Shown one piece after another: positions 1 through 13,629 of a DNA stretch of 30,947 nucleotides. Every line of letters begins with the position of its first letter. Position 1 is the stretch's first letter. A program made the position numbers and the translations under genes. Source of the stretch: Xylographa opegraphella (lineage: Eukaryota); NCBI GenBank assembly GCA_022813865.1, contig JALDZX010000038.1, positions 186,001 to 216,947 of the forward strand, written 5' to 3'. The notes below the pieces were generated by a model, which ran no database searches, had not been told where the DNA came from, and was given only the letters and a program-made list of their open reading frames with translations.

Positions 1-313
1 TTTCCACCTGTTGTCCTGGGGTAATCGAATCCGTATTCACACCACCAGTTTCCCTATTCTCACCATTGCCCACTCGTGGGACTGCATCACCAGTATCACT
101 CATCTTCCTCAAGCCAATGGCAGGCCCCAATAGACCACTCCGTTCGACTGCTACAAAGCTTGTGCGTACTTTTGAAAGCGGCCTTGAGCTCGTGCTTCTT
201 ATGCCTTCAGAACCGACTGGTGACCGACCTCTGGAAGGAGGTGACGTGTTCTCGCTTTTGGCCTCAAACATTGCCCGTATACCACGAACACCACTGCTTG
301 ATCGTTCTCCCAT
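1..313 (-). CDS. 5' part of a conserved filamentous-fungal hypothetical protein (runs off the left edge)
   Basis: Manual translation from ATG at 313 is open to the window edge: MGERSSSGVRGIRAMFEAKSENTSPPSRGRSPVGSEGIRSTSSRPLSKVRTSFVAVERSG... The 'RAMFE...SPPSRGRSP...RPLSKVRTSFVAVE' pattern resembles N-termini of low-complexity Pezizomycotina proteins (from recall). It is absent from the ORF track because it has no stop in the window. Confidence 0.75.
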   Translation of the reverse strand, partial: MGERSSSGVRGIRAMFEAKSENTSPPSRGRSPVGSEGIRSTSSRPLSKVRTSFVAVERSGLLGPAIGLRKMSDTGDAVPRVGNGENRETGGVNTDSITPGQQVE

Positions 314-868
314 GGCTGCATACACGTTAATAATTAGCCTTGGTGATTCTGCGAAAAAGTGTTCGCCGTGTCTCTATCATCAATGCAAAACGTCCATTGA
401 GGGGAATGCCAAGGTGTTCAAACACAGGGGAAGTTGGCTCCCGAGACGCGACGCGATGTCTTTGTTGACAATGTGCAGAGCAAGAAAGACTTACGATTCA
501 CACGAACGACATGAGGAACGAATAGACCACTAATGTGGACAGATTGCCAAAGGAACTAGCTATGTCAGACTCCCGAGGTCTTCTGGGTAGAAGTAATGGA
601 GCAGGTTACTACCGTACCTGCTTGGATTTACTTTTCGGCCCAGGAGCTATGACCTACTCTCGGCTAGAGCCGCCAAGCAAGCGTGACAGCGGGCTGGATG
701 ATTGGTGATGGCAGCCTCACTACTTTAGACTACCTACTCTGTATTGTATTCGATTCACATGGCGACAGTGTCCGTGCCTATCTGATGTCCTGGCCACAAT
801 ACTTATCAAAGCGGCATCATCAGCTCGTATTTTCTTAACAGGAGTAACCACTATCTCCTCTTGCGAAC

Positions 869-2551
869 ATGGCTAGCTCCAACGGAGAGGAGCGGCTATT
901 GACTCTGTAGGCAGAATACTCATTTCTTGCACGGTGGAACACCAGGCTCACAGCAGGTCTTATAGTTACGCCGATGTTCATTACTACTTCAGCGAACCCA
1001 CTCCGAGACCGCTTCATCACCGCTTCGATAAAGGGTCATATGTCTACCTCTACAGAAATACGACCGAGAAGCGGGGCAGACTCGAAATCGCAAACAATGC
1101 TGGAAAGCCAGAGCAGGATGCTTTTACAGGCTGTGAGATAAGATTCTTACGAGTTGGGCAGGTTCTTGCTGACTCATATAGACCTCGACTCTGCCAAAAT
1201 ATCACAATCCTACAAACATCCGACACTTTGTACTATTGTCGTCGATGGGTTTCATTCCCGTACAGGATCCAAGTCATCACCCATTTCGCAAGATAATCAT
1301 CACTGGCGGCTACCAAGCACTGATCCTCGTGATGAGGGAAAGTTCCTCTTCCGCCTTCATACAATCGACCTGTACTTCTGGACGGTCCAAGACGCCCAAA
1401 CATTTCTTGCCGCTGTTCGGAGGTCTCTGCAGGAAGAGCAACTAGATATTGAAGGGCCAGTAGCACCAGAGCCGCATGTTGGAGTCATGAGTCCTGTAGT
1501 TCAGCAGTTGGAAAAGGTTGCCATTACAGATCCCGCATATCACAATGGACAGACTCGTAATTCTCGTACTGCTTCCATACCGACAACGTCTCCAGCACCA
1601 GCGCAGTCGACACAAGAGGATCCGAGGAAGCAGGAGGCTGCAGACTTCACACCGTTAGCATACAATCCTGCTGCACCTCCAGCTCCCGAGGTCATCAAGC
1701 ACCGCGAGAAAACACCGCCGCCACCGGAAGCCGTAGCAGGCACTGGCTTGGCCGCTGCAGCATACCACGATCAAGTGCAAGCTTCTCGCCCTCAAGATCA
1801 TACTTCGTTTTCTCCTGTTCCTCCAGCCAATATGCAGTCCCCACCGCCTAACATGCAATCACCACAAGCATATTCGGGCCCTCCACAAAGCCATGCCTCT
1901 TCCGCTTATGGACCAGATTCGCCCTCCGGACCATATACCACCTCACCCTCAACTTCGACACAAGGCAATCGAGTATCAAGTATTTCTTCACTGCCTCCGC
2001 CACCACCAAAGAGCGCCGGACCCGCTCACAATTCCTATTTTCCTCCGACGAGTACACCTTCGTTCGCACCACCACCTTCCAGTAGTAACAGCATTGCGAG
2101 TCCTCAGTCTCAAAATCGTAACCCCGCATTTGCTCCGCCTCCACCAAATCCTAATGCACATATGATGGGTCCGGGGATGACACCATTGGAGTCTCCTGCA
2201 ACTCAGATCTTGGGAAACTCTTATGTTGCAGGCCCTCCACAGCCGCTACAGCATCTTCAGCCCCAATATGCCGATTACCTTTCTTCGCGTCCTCAACAGC
2301 CACAACCAGTGGGAGGATATTCTAACTACAAATACAACAATCAACAATCTTACCATCATGGAGGTGATGAAGACTATAGAATTCATAACCAAGTCTATCG
2401 ACCTACCGAGGAAGAGTCGCACGGCCATGGCAAACACAGACCGTCAAACGCTGGGCCGGGCCAACAGCCAGGAAAATTGGAAGCTAGAGCTGAGAAGGCC
2501 GAGAAAGGGCTGAACTCCTTTTTAAGGAAGCTTGAAAAGAAGATAGGATAA
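869..2551 (+). CDS. Conserved fungal protein with a globular N-terminal domain and a long Pro/Ser-rich tail (often auto-annotated as RNA-recognition-motif-containing)
   Basis: Exons 869-906, 966-1132 and 1182-2551. Introns 907-965 (GTAGGC..GCTCAC..TAG) and 1133-1181 (GTGAGA..GCTGAC..TAG) join the ORFs in frame: MASSNGEERLLTLYADVHYYF...DAFTGYLDSAK... Motifs include AYNPAAPPAPEVIKHREKTPPP and a C-terminal FLRKLEKKIG. Confidence 0.85.
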
Positions 2552-2986
2552 GTGTGACTCTATTGAGTATCCAATTTTGTGGCCTGCAGCCATATCTACG
2601 CGACGTGCGCCTGAAATGTGCAGCTTCATCGTGTGTCTTACATTTCAGCAGTTCACCCCCGAAGACTGGTTAAATCCTGACAGATAGAGTTGATGGTACG
2701 AGAGACAACTTCGTGAAGTCAAGCATGGCATGTCGTCTGGCATTGCTGAGCACTGCGCTTTCACTACAGCGTGCGAATCATCAAATGGCCTTGACTACGG
2801 ACGTAAGACTGGGAAGAGGGTTCAACTTTCATGCGTTTTTCGAGTGAGCTAAGCAGTTCGACCACTTTATGTTATCATACTAGCTGTTTTTTCCGTCTAT
2901 GCTCCTCCAAGTTGATTTTTGGTTGATCAATATATGGTTTTATGTGGGTTAATGATCTCTATCTATAGCATGCGTTGCAAGCAGTA

Positions 2987-3890
2987 CTAGGAATGCGTTG
3001 GTATTCGGCTCATGTCTTTCTTCATCATTTCCTTGTGCTTCAACCGTCTCCAGGCCAGATAGTATACCGCTCCGGTTAAAATCAGCGCGACAGCTTGAGC
3101 AATACTCAAGATCCAAGCATAGGACTACGGTTGCAATCGTCAGCTTGCCGACGTTAATTCGTCACATTCGGGGCACATACCTGCAGGTTGCAGAAATTGT
3201 TGAAATCGATCACGGCCTGAAATTGGTCCTGGATCTGATCGGCTGCATCACTGCAACTCCAACCCCATAAATCATTTCCGGTTTTGCCAAGACGGTATGC
3301 CGCGGCTGTTGCAACCCACACCGCTATGTGCGCACCCATCTCGATCACAAACCCAGCGGTGCCGATCGTTTTCTCTGTCTTGTTTGCATGCCTGACACCG
3401 AGGAGGTATGATGCAAGAATGAGCAGACTGACCAACATCGTGGCGCTCGATGTACTCAGCAGTAGGATTGTGGGCCATATCGTCGTTTCCTTAGCCCAGG
3501 CGTTCCGACCATCTATGGCGATGTCTTTGGTGCTTAGGAATTTGTGAAGAGTGATGGCTTGAGAGTAGAGTGGGTATATGGCAAGAAGGAAAGTGAATAT
3601 ACGGGTGACAAGTTTCCATATCCGAATCTGACGTTTCAGCCTCTGGTCAGGGGTGTCAGCATTCGAGTACTATGAGCCTTCCGATTGTGCTGAAATTCTT
3701 TCTCTTCCTGTGTGGTTCCACGTACGTAGTCTTTTTGACGACCGCGCTCTAGATGGGATGGCTCAGCTATTTGCTGGTAGCCAGACGGAGAAAACAGGTT
3801 TATGGGCGACGCATAACTGTGGGAGGAAGATTGATTCTTCGTGTGTAGACTGACAGGTGGCTGCACATACGAGTTATATGGCATTGACAT
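2987..3890 (-). CDS. Uncharacterised multi-pass (about 4 TM) fungal membrane protein
   Basis: ATG 3890. Intron 1 is probably 3725 to 3643 (alternative acceptor 3628). The middle exon reads RLKRQIRIWKLVTRIFTFLLAIYP...AWAKETTIWPTILLL...DLWGWSCS...FCNLQ. Intron 3180-3125 (GTATGT..GCTGAC..TAG). The last exon reads SYAWILSIAQAVALILTGAVYYLAWRRLKHK...HS*. First-intron boundaries are uncertain. Confidence 0.75.
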
Positions 3891-4470
3891 TGTGCTCCCT
3901 TTTCGAAATGACGGAGAACACTCTTCTCTTTAGTTAAATCATCAAAAGTTTCTGCTCACTGAGAGAAACCACGGCATGCTTGAATATCTATAATGTGCTC
4001 GAATAAAGCTGTGCCACACAAATGCCTTGTTGATGGGCAATTCTGCAACACGCTAAACTCTGACACTGAATTCCGCATTTAATCCCACCTTAACTCAGAT
4101 AGTGAAGCTGCAAATGATGTCACCTTGCTGCTACCCTCGATGGCCAATACCTTGGAGCGATCATGCTGAGGCAGGGAGGCAGGAGAGGTGAAAAACCCAG
4201 CTATTTCATGCCCACCCCCTTCACTGCCCTGAGTTCACTGCTATTTTAGGTAGGTCGTCAAGTCTCGGCTACGGCCGGCGTCAAGTGCTCAAGTGTACTA
4301 TTTTTCTATGGCATGAAAGCGGTTGGCCCACCGTTGCATCGACCTTTAATTCCTGGTGCGGTCGCATGAGCTGGTGAAACATGCCCTGCTTTCTTGAGAC
4401 ATCATGCCATCGTGAGAGGCGGCGCTAGCAACTCCTGCTGGAAAAGCGGGCACCAACGCGTTCGAGCTAG

Positions 4471-5754
<1,284 letters not shown>

Positions 5755-6066
5755 GTGCGGAGATCAAGGGTAGCTTATCAGCTAACTAAGAGTATTGAGT
5801 GCCGTTCTACGGCAGGCCTCACATTCGACCCAACAGGGCTATGCCTTGGCACCCGGGCCATTCAACTTCACAGTTCCTCTCGCTCGCCCCAGGCACTAAT
5901 GTCCTTCGAAGCCGATATACCATTTCTTCCCTCCGCGCCCACTCCTATTGGCGCCTTGTATCCACTACCCCTCTTGCCAAGGTCACCTATCAGGGCTTGG
6001 AAGTCCCAGATCTCGTATAGCTCTCCCTCAGAGAACAAGGTTTGGCACGGGTTTCGACGAGGCGAT

Positions 6067-7645
6067 TCAGCTGTCGAGGTTTAAATAATCATCAATATTG
6101 ACCCTGGTGTAGAATGACACATGGCCAAAGTCCTACCATCAACGTCAGTGATAGTCGGTACGAGTCAGGGTTGCTTCGCCTCACCTCCCAGTACATTGCC
6201 AGGGAATCATGGGAAATCAGAATCAGCTGAGACCGTATGTAGCGATCTATGCTGATGAGCAATAGTCCTATTGTGGGGCTGGCAAGAACCTTACCGTCTC
6301 TAAATCCACTGGCTGCGATGTGGCTCCAGCTTTTGACAATCCGCGCCCCTTTAAAATCCCTTTCGTCGGCGACTCGTATCAAACCACCTCTGCCAATATC
6401 TTCCGCAATCCAAGTATGTTCCCCTCTTGGGACATGAGGGTCGCCGGTGAGCTTGATGGCTTCAAGACGGCCTGAGCATCCAGGAGGGTCTTCTGTTTCG
6501 ATCGTGGTAACTTCGGTGTCAGAATCATCCTCATTGGTATCAGAATCGCCATACAGATATGTCGATGGCGAACCGGGAACGACGAGATCCTGCTCCTGAG
6601 TCTCTTTCTGACTCCATTGCGTAAGGAGAAGAAACTCGCAACCATGGCTTGCATAATCGCCAACCCAGATCCCTTGATAAGGTTTCTCTGCGCTTGGAGT
6701 ATAGCAGTCGGATGGTAAAGTACTGAACGTCAATACATCTTCCCCCATTCTAACACTCGAGCGACCTCCTTGACTCCGGAATTCAGACCACTTTCGCAAC
6801 CGAAAATTCGTTTCGCTTATCTGATCAGCGTGCTGTGGCTTGTGTCCCTCCCCCTTGAACATGGTAGGACTCTCATTTCGGACGCGGTTGGTGGCAGGGA
6901 CAATGCTAGGCGGCCACAATGACATCGTGGAATCCTGCAGTTCATTTGGAATAGCTCGGGAAAGGAACAGCATTGACCGTATTCCATGCAGTCGCTGGTC
7001 AGCTTCCCTTTGCATGAGTACCTCTTGATGCAAACGACGAGTTGCAGATAAGTCTCCCAGATTCAGCTTGATCACCGGGTTGTCCAGGAAGAGCCGGATC
7101 TTCGGATTGAATCTGTGAATTCGGACAGTCGGGTTCCACTCCCACAGCTCCGCTTCATGGTCCCTTCCTATCTCGGCCACAAGTCGGTAAGCCTCGATGC
7201 TCCCCAGACGCGAATCGTAGCGCGCAAAGATCAACTGGCCAGCCAGGCCATTCCCAACCGTGGCTTTGTCGGCGAACCATATCTTGTGTCGAGGCAAAAA
7301 CCAATAGGGGTAATGTGCCGTGTAGAGTTCTCTCCACGTATGACATGGCGACGGAGACGACTGAGGCACAGGTAGATTCTCCTGGACGAATCTTGCCCAT
7401 AGGAGGTCATTTGCAGCATGAGAACGCAGGCTGAGGCAGGTCAGGGACAGTTCCACTAGCTCCAGTGGTCTCAAATGGCCAAGTATCTGCTGGATGATTT
7501 CATTGGGCAGTGCTAACAGAGGGAACGGCTTCGGTGTCGTCATGGCGGATGGCTCCAGGGAGGTGCTCTTCCCGTCCCCGTCAAGCTGCGAGGAAGCAGA
7601 CAGAGGAGCCAGCGAGGAGACGAACAGGCGGCGGAGAGCGTCCAT
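6067..7645 (-). CDS. F-box domain protein
   Basis: N-terminal F-box LLALPNEIIQQILGHL...LSLTC...LW. C-terminal motifs GIWVGDYASHGCEFLL and LEAIKLTGDPHVPRGEHTW. Introns 6294-6247 and 6184-6133 give the ending ...AMYWEDFGHVSFYTRVNIDDYLNLDS* (stop 6067-6069). Confidence 0.9.
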
Positions 7646-8305
7646 CTTGTAGTAGGCACGACTCGTAAGTAGTCGTGTACCTCTGTCCCAAAGCTTCGCG
7701 GACCCGATGATGATGCTCGGTCACTGGCTGCCGCTTATCATGGTCGAAGGGCCTAGCGTCAGCTCCCCGAGACCAAAAAGGCATTTTCTTTCGTCGGGCG
7801 CAAGCAGAGACCTTGCAGTAGTTCAGCAGCGCAGTCGGTGGACCTTCTCCATGAGCCTTGGCCCGTGCCGGGTGGTAGAAGGTGGAGGTTTAGTGTGCTC
7901 GTGTGGCGACGAGTGATCGATTGAGGAAGGTCTGGGGAGGAAGCTAGAGGGAGCCTCGCCTCGTGGAAGATCCTTGCCTATATCCTACCTTAGGTTAGGT
8001 AAGGCCGGGCCTGCGTCATCCAGCGGTATCGGCCGAGGGGCCTCCTTCCGGAACGAGCCAATCATCCCAACTACATCTCATGCAAGAGCTCAGGTAATCA
8101 CCAGCCCCAACATCGAAATTACCTCCGTACCAGCGTGATTGTTGACTGACTGTACACAGGCACATTGCACTACGTACCGTGCACTACTACGAGCCAGGGA
8201 AAGAGAAAGGAAAGAGTGGACCGTTTTATATGCCTCTATCCTAATACTCCCGCCCAAACTCCACACGGCCAGGACTCCGACCAATCATGCTACATCAACT
8301 CATTT

Positions 8306-10285
8306 TCACGACATCACATCTGTATCCTCATCCTCATCTTCATCCTCTTCCAATATCACGATGCCACTGTCCACGCCCCTCTGCCTCCTCGACTTGCCGC
8401 GCGTCACTTGGACGTGTCCTTCACAGCTCCCCACGTCTCTGAAGCGCACTACGTCCACCGGCGTCATCAGGCCCTTGATCTTTACAGCCTCTGTCCATCG
8501 ATCATTCTGCTCGGTCGAGTGAGTTCCCTGAAGAACCACGACGCGTTCCAGACACTGCTCCATCTCGCCCTGCATCCGTTCGACGATCTTCTTGGCCGAT
8601 GACCTCTCTTCGTCAAGGCACTGGACCAGTCGTATTCTCTCGGCCTCCATCATCGACAAATCGGCCTTGATTTCACTCAGAGCCGAGGAAAGTTCGCTGA
8701 TCTTGACATTCAGCACTCCTACCTCGCATTGTCGCTCCTGCTTGACCGTGTCCAATTCCTCCTCCAAATCCCTCACAATACATTGCTTGGAGTTCACCGC
8801 ATCTTTCAGCTCCTTCTCCATTGTCTCGAGCTGCTTGATTCTAAGTATACGCTGTTCCGACTGTTGCTCTGCTTCGCGTCGACCAATCGTTTCTGCCGCG
8901 ACGTGACACTCGAGATCAGCGACTGCCTCGTCCATCTCAGACCTCAGATGGCCAATCTCCGCTTTGTGCTCATCCTCCAGTCGATTGACTAGGTTCTCCA
9001 AATCTTTGACTTCCTTACGGTAAGTTTCGAGTGCGTTCTGCAGCTTCTCGATGGACCTCTCTTTCTCATGGAGATTAACTTCGAGTTCCTTAATCTTTCT
9101 GCCACTGAGTGACTCAGCATGCTTGTTTTGGAGTAAAAGGTCCTTCGTCGCACTTCGTGCACTATTCAATTGCATAAGCACTGTATTGAAGTGATTTCGC
9201 ATGTTTGATTCCTGGGCGCGAGAAGTAGCTAGAGCACCCTCGCTTGCTTGCAGCTGGGCTTTGAGAGCTCCAAGTCGATTAAGAAAAGCCTCGAGAATCG
9301 GCTTTGTATTTCCTTGGTCTATCGTGAGGCCAAGTGTGGTCTCGCCTGGGCATATGTACTCCAATCCTAGTCGAGCGCTCACAAGATATTCTGTCTGTTG
9401 TCGTATGTGTTCCTTGAGTAAATCCATGTCCGACGAAGTGATATGAGTTTGTGTACCAGCTTCAGCACTATGTTGAGTATTGGCATCTTGGCAAGTCTGT
9501 GGCATTCCCACCATTTGGAAGTCGTCCTCGTCCATAGGATCCTCGTTAATGCTGTCATTTACAGGCCGTGAGACTTGTTCCGTATTGCTGACCAATGAGG
9601 AATGTGTCTCAGTGGTCCTTGACCGTTCTCGCATCTGTTCTTTGAGTTTACAGATCTCTTGCTCCAGTTCGACAACCTGGTCACTATTTCCAATCTCTCC
9701 GATCTGATGTCCGAAAATCTCTCCACCTAGCTGTCTCGCAAGTGCGAGCTCTTCCTTCAAATGCACAATCTCTTCTCTTCTCTTCGCATCGGCACGCTTC
9801 TCCGCGTCGATCTCGTTGATCTCATCACTCAGGTGGTTACGCTTCAGTCGACGCCTAGTCCGTGCATCAAGGATCTGACGGAGAGGCTCGAACTGGATCT
9901 CACCCGACAAAGGTGGCGTAGGTAGACCTGAAGACGACGGCGTTACAAGGATCTCTGGCAGCGACTTCCGACGTCTCGGTGCTCTCGATAGCAGGCGTGG
10001 TGAGGCCGGTGCTTCCAATATGGCATTGGACCTAAGAGTCGTTCGCTTGACGTACGGAGTTATTCCTGTGGAGCACATCTCGGAGCCAACGTCGAACCCT
10101 GGGTCAGAAAAACGGACCTTCTTCTTGGCTTTGGTTGGCGTTGGAGGGACGGAAAGTTCCTGTCGAGAAGTCATCGTTGATGAGGAGCCCGTATCCGCGA
10201 CGCCCTTGACGGGACTGGAACCAGCGAGGCCGGTACTTGCCCTTCGCTTTCGATGGGTCGAAAGAGGCATGTTGATTTCTGTCAT
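8306..10285 (-). CDS. Uncharacterised long coiled-coil protein with a basic, disordered N-terminus
   Basis: Single 659-aa ORF. KKKVRFSDPG (RVxF-like/NLS-like) and STGITPYVKRT motifs, extended heptad-rich C-terminal half, acidic tail. Confidence 0.85.
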   Translation of the reverse strand: MTEINMPLSTHRKRRASTGLAGSSPVKGVADTGSSSTMTSRQELSVPPTPTKAKKKVRFSDPGFDVGSEMCSTGITPYVKRTTLRSNAILEAPASPRLLSRAPRRRKSLPEILVTPSSSGLPTPPLSGEIQFEPLRQILDARTRRRLKRNHLSDEINEIDAEKRADAKRREEIVHLKEELALARQLGGEIFGHQIGEIGNSDQVVELEQEICKLKEQMRERSRTTETHSSLVSNTEQVSRPVNDSINEDPMDEDDFQMVGMPQTCQDANTQHSAEAGTQTHITSSDMDLLKEHIRQQTEYLVSARLGLEYICPGETTLGLTIDQGNTKPILEAFLNRLGALKAQLQASEGALATSRAQESNMRNHFNTVLMQLNSARSATKDLLLQNKHAESLSGRKIKELEVNLHEKERSIEKLQNALETYRKEVKDLENLVNRLEDEHKAEIGHLRSEMDEAVADLECHVAAETIGRREAEQQSEQRILRIKQLETMEKELKDAVNSKQCIVRDLEEELDTVKQERQCEVGVLNVKISELSSALSEIKADLSMMEAERIRLVQCLDEERSSAKKIVERMQGEMEQCLERVVVLQGTHSTEQNDRWTEAVKIKGLMTPVDVVRFRDVGSCEGHVQVTRGKSRRQRGVDSGIVILEEDEDEDEDTDVMS

Positions 10286-11133
10286 GATGAACGTTCTTGT
10301 TTACTGGGATAACAACTCGATGGAGGGCAGTGGCAAATTTGTTTACGAGTTCCCCGCTTCAGGTTATGATAGCCTGCACGATTGTCCCTCACAACAGATG
10401 TACAAGATAACTAAGTAAACGGAATGGAACACGAGTCCATGTGTTCCAGCTGCACAAGAAATGGATGAAGGAAAGAAAACAAGTCGTGATCTGTCGAGAA
10501 ACCGTTTGTTAGGCTACAGTCGGCTTGTTGATAAACAGACTTGCCCTACGACGGTGCCAAGGCACTAGCTGGGCAGGTCGCGTCGCGCCAGGGAGCATCC
10601 ATTGGCTCTCGTGCTCCCGTTTTCAACAACACCGTGCAGACAACATCGCGGCGCTAGTATTCCTTTCGTCCATCGGGTCCCAGAGGATGAATCATGGGGT
10701 AGTACAGCATGAATCATAGCTGGTGCCGCTAATCTGAATAGTTTTGGCCGGGTTGAGTGGGTATCTTGCTATACGCTCCGACTAGATCTGCTAAGAAATC
10801 TGCCCTAACTAGGTACCTACAGGACAATACATGTTCGTTCCGTTTCCTAGGAATTATATCAACAAATATGAAAGAAGAAAAAAACGCCCTATGGCGTTGA
10901 TCATCGCCTATCCCAATTACCACGACGAATATATTTCATACGAAGCTTATCCCGCCCCAAAAATCCACGCCGTACCCATCCGCAAATTTTTCCCCCCTGT
11001 TCCACGCAGTGCGCCATGTTTGATTCACTCGGCCTTCGTGTCTGTGTCAAGGGGAAAGCATTGTACTGCAATAACTCAAATCCAGATCCATGCGATGTTC
11101 TGGTCGCGACGAGCTCGCAGCCCCGTGCCGCCA

Positions 11134-12700
11134 TCACGGCCTGTATTCGGCGGAGCCTTCCAGCGGCGTCCCCGGCACCGAGCTCACGGGTGTGGCGCTC
11201 AGCACCTCGATGGCGGGAAGGCGCCTGATTGAGGGTAGAAGACGTAGCTGCGGCAGGCCGCGCTCTCTGCCTCGCGAGGAGGAAGGGTCTCGAGGTGCGC
11301 TGTGAGCATTCGCGGCGGGATTAGTGGCTGGGGCGGTGCTCGTGGGCACTTGGGCCCTAGATGCTTGGGCACGTTCCATCCTGCTGGGTGGCAGAGCGTT
11401 CATGCCTGGGAATCCCTGCCCTCGTGCGAGGATGGGACTCTCGTACGGCGGAGCCTCTTCGCCTGTGGGTGAAGCATGCTGGTCTTCGTAGCCGGGTGGC
11501 TCCGTGCTCGGTATGTCTGCCAGGTCGATGGTGGATTGCGGGGTGAGCTGGAAATGCGAGGGCGCGTTCTCGTCACTGCCGCTCCTTGTGGCAGCTGTCC
11601 TCGGGGTATTGGCTCCGTCCGCGAAATCGGAGTCAACGGTCACGATAGACAACGCCGAGGCGTCGCTGGTGTTGCGGCCATGGCCTGCACGGATGCCAGC
11701 CCATCTTCCTGGCGAGCTTTGACGGGACAGGTTTCGCGAACCGCCCATGGAAGCCGCGGAGTCGAGGAGGGGTCGGTGGTCGCTTTCCACACTGTCTGCT
11801 CGTATCCGTGTCCCATCATGTCTGGCAAGCCCTAGATCTGCATAGCTCACCTCACTGACCCGTCTCTTACTTGATGCTGCTTCCCGCTGCGAAGCTAGCT
11901 CGGCTATCAAAAACGCGGAATCGGATTGTAACCCAGCATTTATATTTGTTAGGCTCGTGGCCGCGCTGCCAGGTGTGAGAACGCTAGCATTGCTCCGCGC
12001 CCTGGCCCGTGCTCTGCTTTCTTGTTCCAATTGTCGCAATCGTGCCCAATCGCCCTGCTCGCGTGCTTCGCGACGTTGTTGACGGCGCTCCTCCCGCTCG
12101 GCCGCTTCTCGTCTTCGAGCTTGACGAATCTCAAAAAGAGCCTGCATTTCCTCCTCACGGCGAGCTTCGACCTCATCTTCGCTTTCCGGGTATTCCACCA
12201 CCGTGTCAACACCTGCGCGTTCCCCTTCGCGTGCGATCAGCCGTTCGTCTTGATTTGGTGTGTAACGGTATGGTGGGAGAGTCATAATACTGCGGACGGA
12301 GACACGGCGGTCGACCTCCGCATTCGAAGAGGTTGACACTTCGGTCGATGGAGCATAGGATGTCGAAGTAGCGGTAAGGATAGTCGAGTTTGCAGGATCG
12401 TAAATATTTTCGTCATCCCTGCTCACAGGCTCAAAGCTTCGCCATTTGGATTTGAGATACTGAGTAGGGACGAATCGTGGACTGGCGTGATTCCGCCGAA
12501 GGCGATTGATCTGATACAACACAGTGATGATGAGAATGAGAACGGCTGCGGCAATGCCAAGGCCCTGAATCGAACAGGTCAATGAGAATAGCTTTGGATG
12601 GAAAACAATAATTGAGGCTTACTATCCAGACCATCTCATTGTTAGGTCCTGGTGGGGACTGCCGACGCTCGAGCGCACGGCTTTGCTGTGGAAGATGCAT
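11134..12700 (-). CDS. Uncharacterised single-pass membrane protein with a disordered cytoplasmic tail
   Basis: ATG 12700 (MHLPQQSRALERRQ...). Intron 12622-12565 (GTAAGC..TTGAC..CAG) joins MVWI to GLGIAAAVLILIITVLY (TM segment). Motifs SVRSIMTLPPY, AREGERAGVDTVVEYPE, an Arg/Glu coiled coil, VSYADLGLARHDGTRIRA, and PY-like motifs LPPY, PPGY, APPY. Confidence 0.85.
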
Positions 12701-13219
12701 TCCGAGAGCAGTCAAATCGAGGGCCAATGGCCCCAACTCGGCTTCAGCGATGGACTCGAGTTGCTGCAAAGTTGTCACGGTCCTTTCCTGCTGGTCCGAT
12801 CACGGAGCTATATAAAAGCACTGATGAAGCTGGGGTGGCTGTGAATATCGAAAAAGATCATGAAACTATCGAGTTTGACGTGGGCCTGTCGTCTTGCACT
12901 CTTCAGCCGGCCAAGGGCGGTTAGAAAATCGTAAGCATTGCGGCGCCCCGTATCGGCGGTATGCAAGGGGGGCGAGGAAAGCACGATTAACGGATATGAT
13001 AAATAAGGATATCGCTAGAGATAAGCTGATGAACGCCGGTAGGAATAACGAAGCATATATATCATGATATAGTGAAATTGAAAGCCGGTGAATTGGAACT
13101 GCGACTGCGAAGCTTCGAGCCCGGATTTTGGACCCTGATTCCGCACGTGTTGCTGACATAACAACCTTCGACGCAATTACGTCAATCTTTGTGCGGGGAG
13201 AAAAGGGAAGGGCACTAAG

Positions 13220-13249
13220 CCTTACTCCTTACTCCTTACCTTACTCCTA
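13220..13249. repeat. Short imperfect tandem repeat (CCTTACT)n
   Basis: ccttact-ccttact-ccttac-cttact-ccta read directly, upstream of the minus-strand membrane-protein gene. Confidence 0.6.
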
Positions 13250-13629
13250 AGGGACCTTATGCTTGAAGGATAAAAATAAAAATAATAGTCGCAGATGTGA
13301 GACACTCGCATCAAGGTAGCAGAACGGACGAGGTGCTTCCCTACGTGGAAACGTCGCGAAGTAACGAGTCTTGAGCTGGAGTACATGAGCTTGATTGGGT
13401 CAATCAACTGATGTATTGAAGAACCATGTAATAATGCGATCCGAATTAATAATACTAATATCGCAATACATAATAGTGTAAATAGTGGCGAGAGCGCATT
13501 CGGCATGCGTAAGAATGAGCAGCAATAGCAATAAAGGCCACAAGAACAGGAAACCTCCCCCGCCAGTCTAATCAGCCATCCAGGTAATCCACCGATCCAA
13601 AGCAACAAAACTCATACAAATCCCAGGAC

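Noticed and set aside
66..533. Plus-strand 155-aa ORF
   Set aside because: Non-ATG start and antisense to a more convincing minus-strand reading frame starting at 313.
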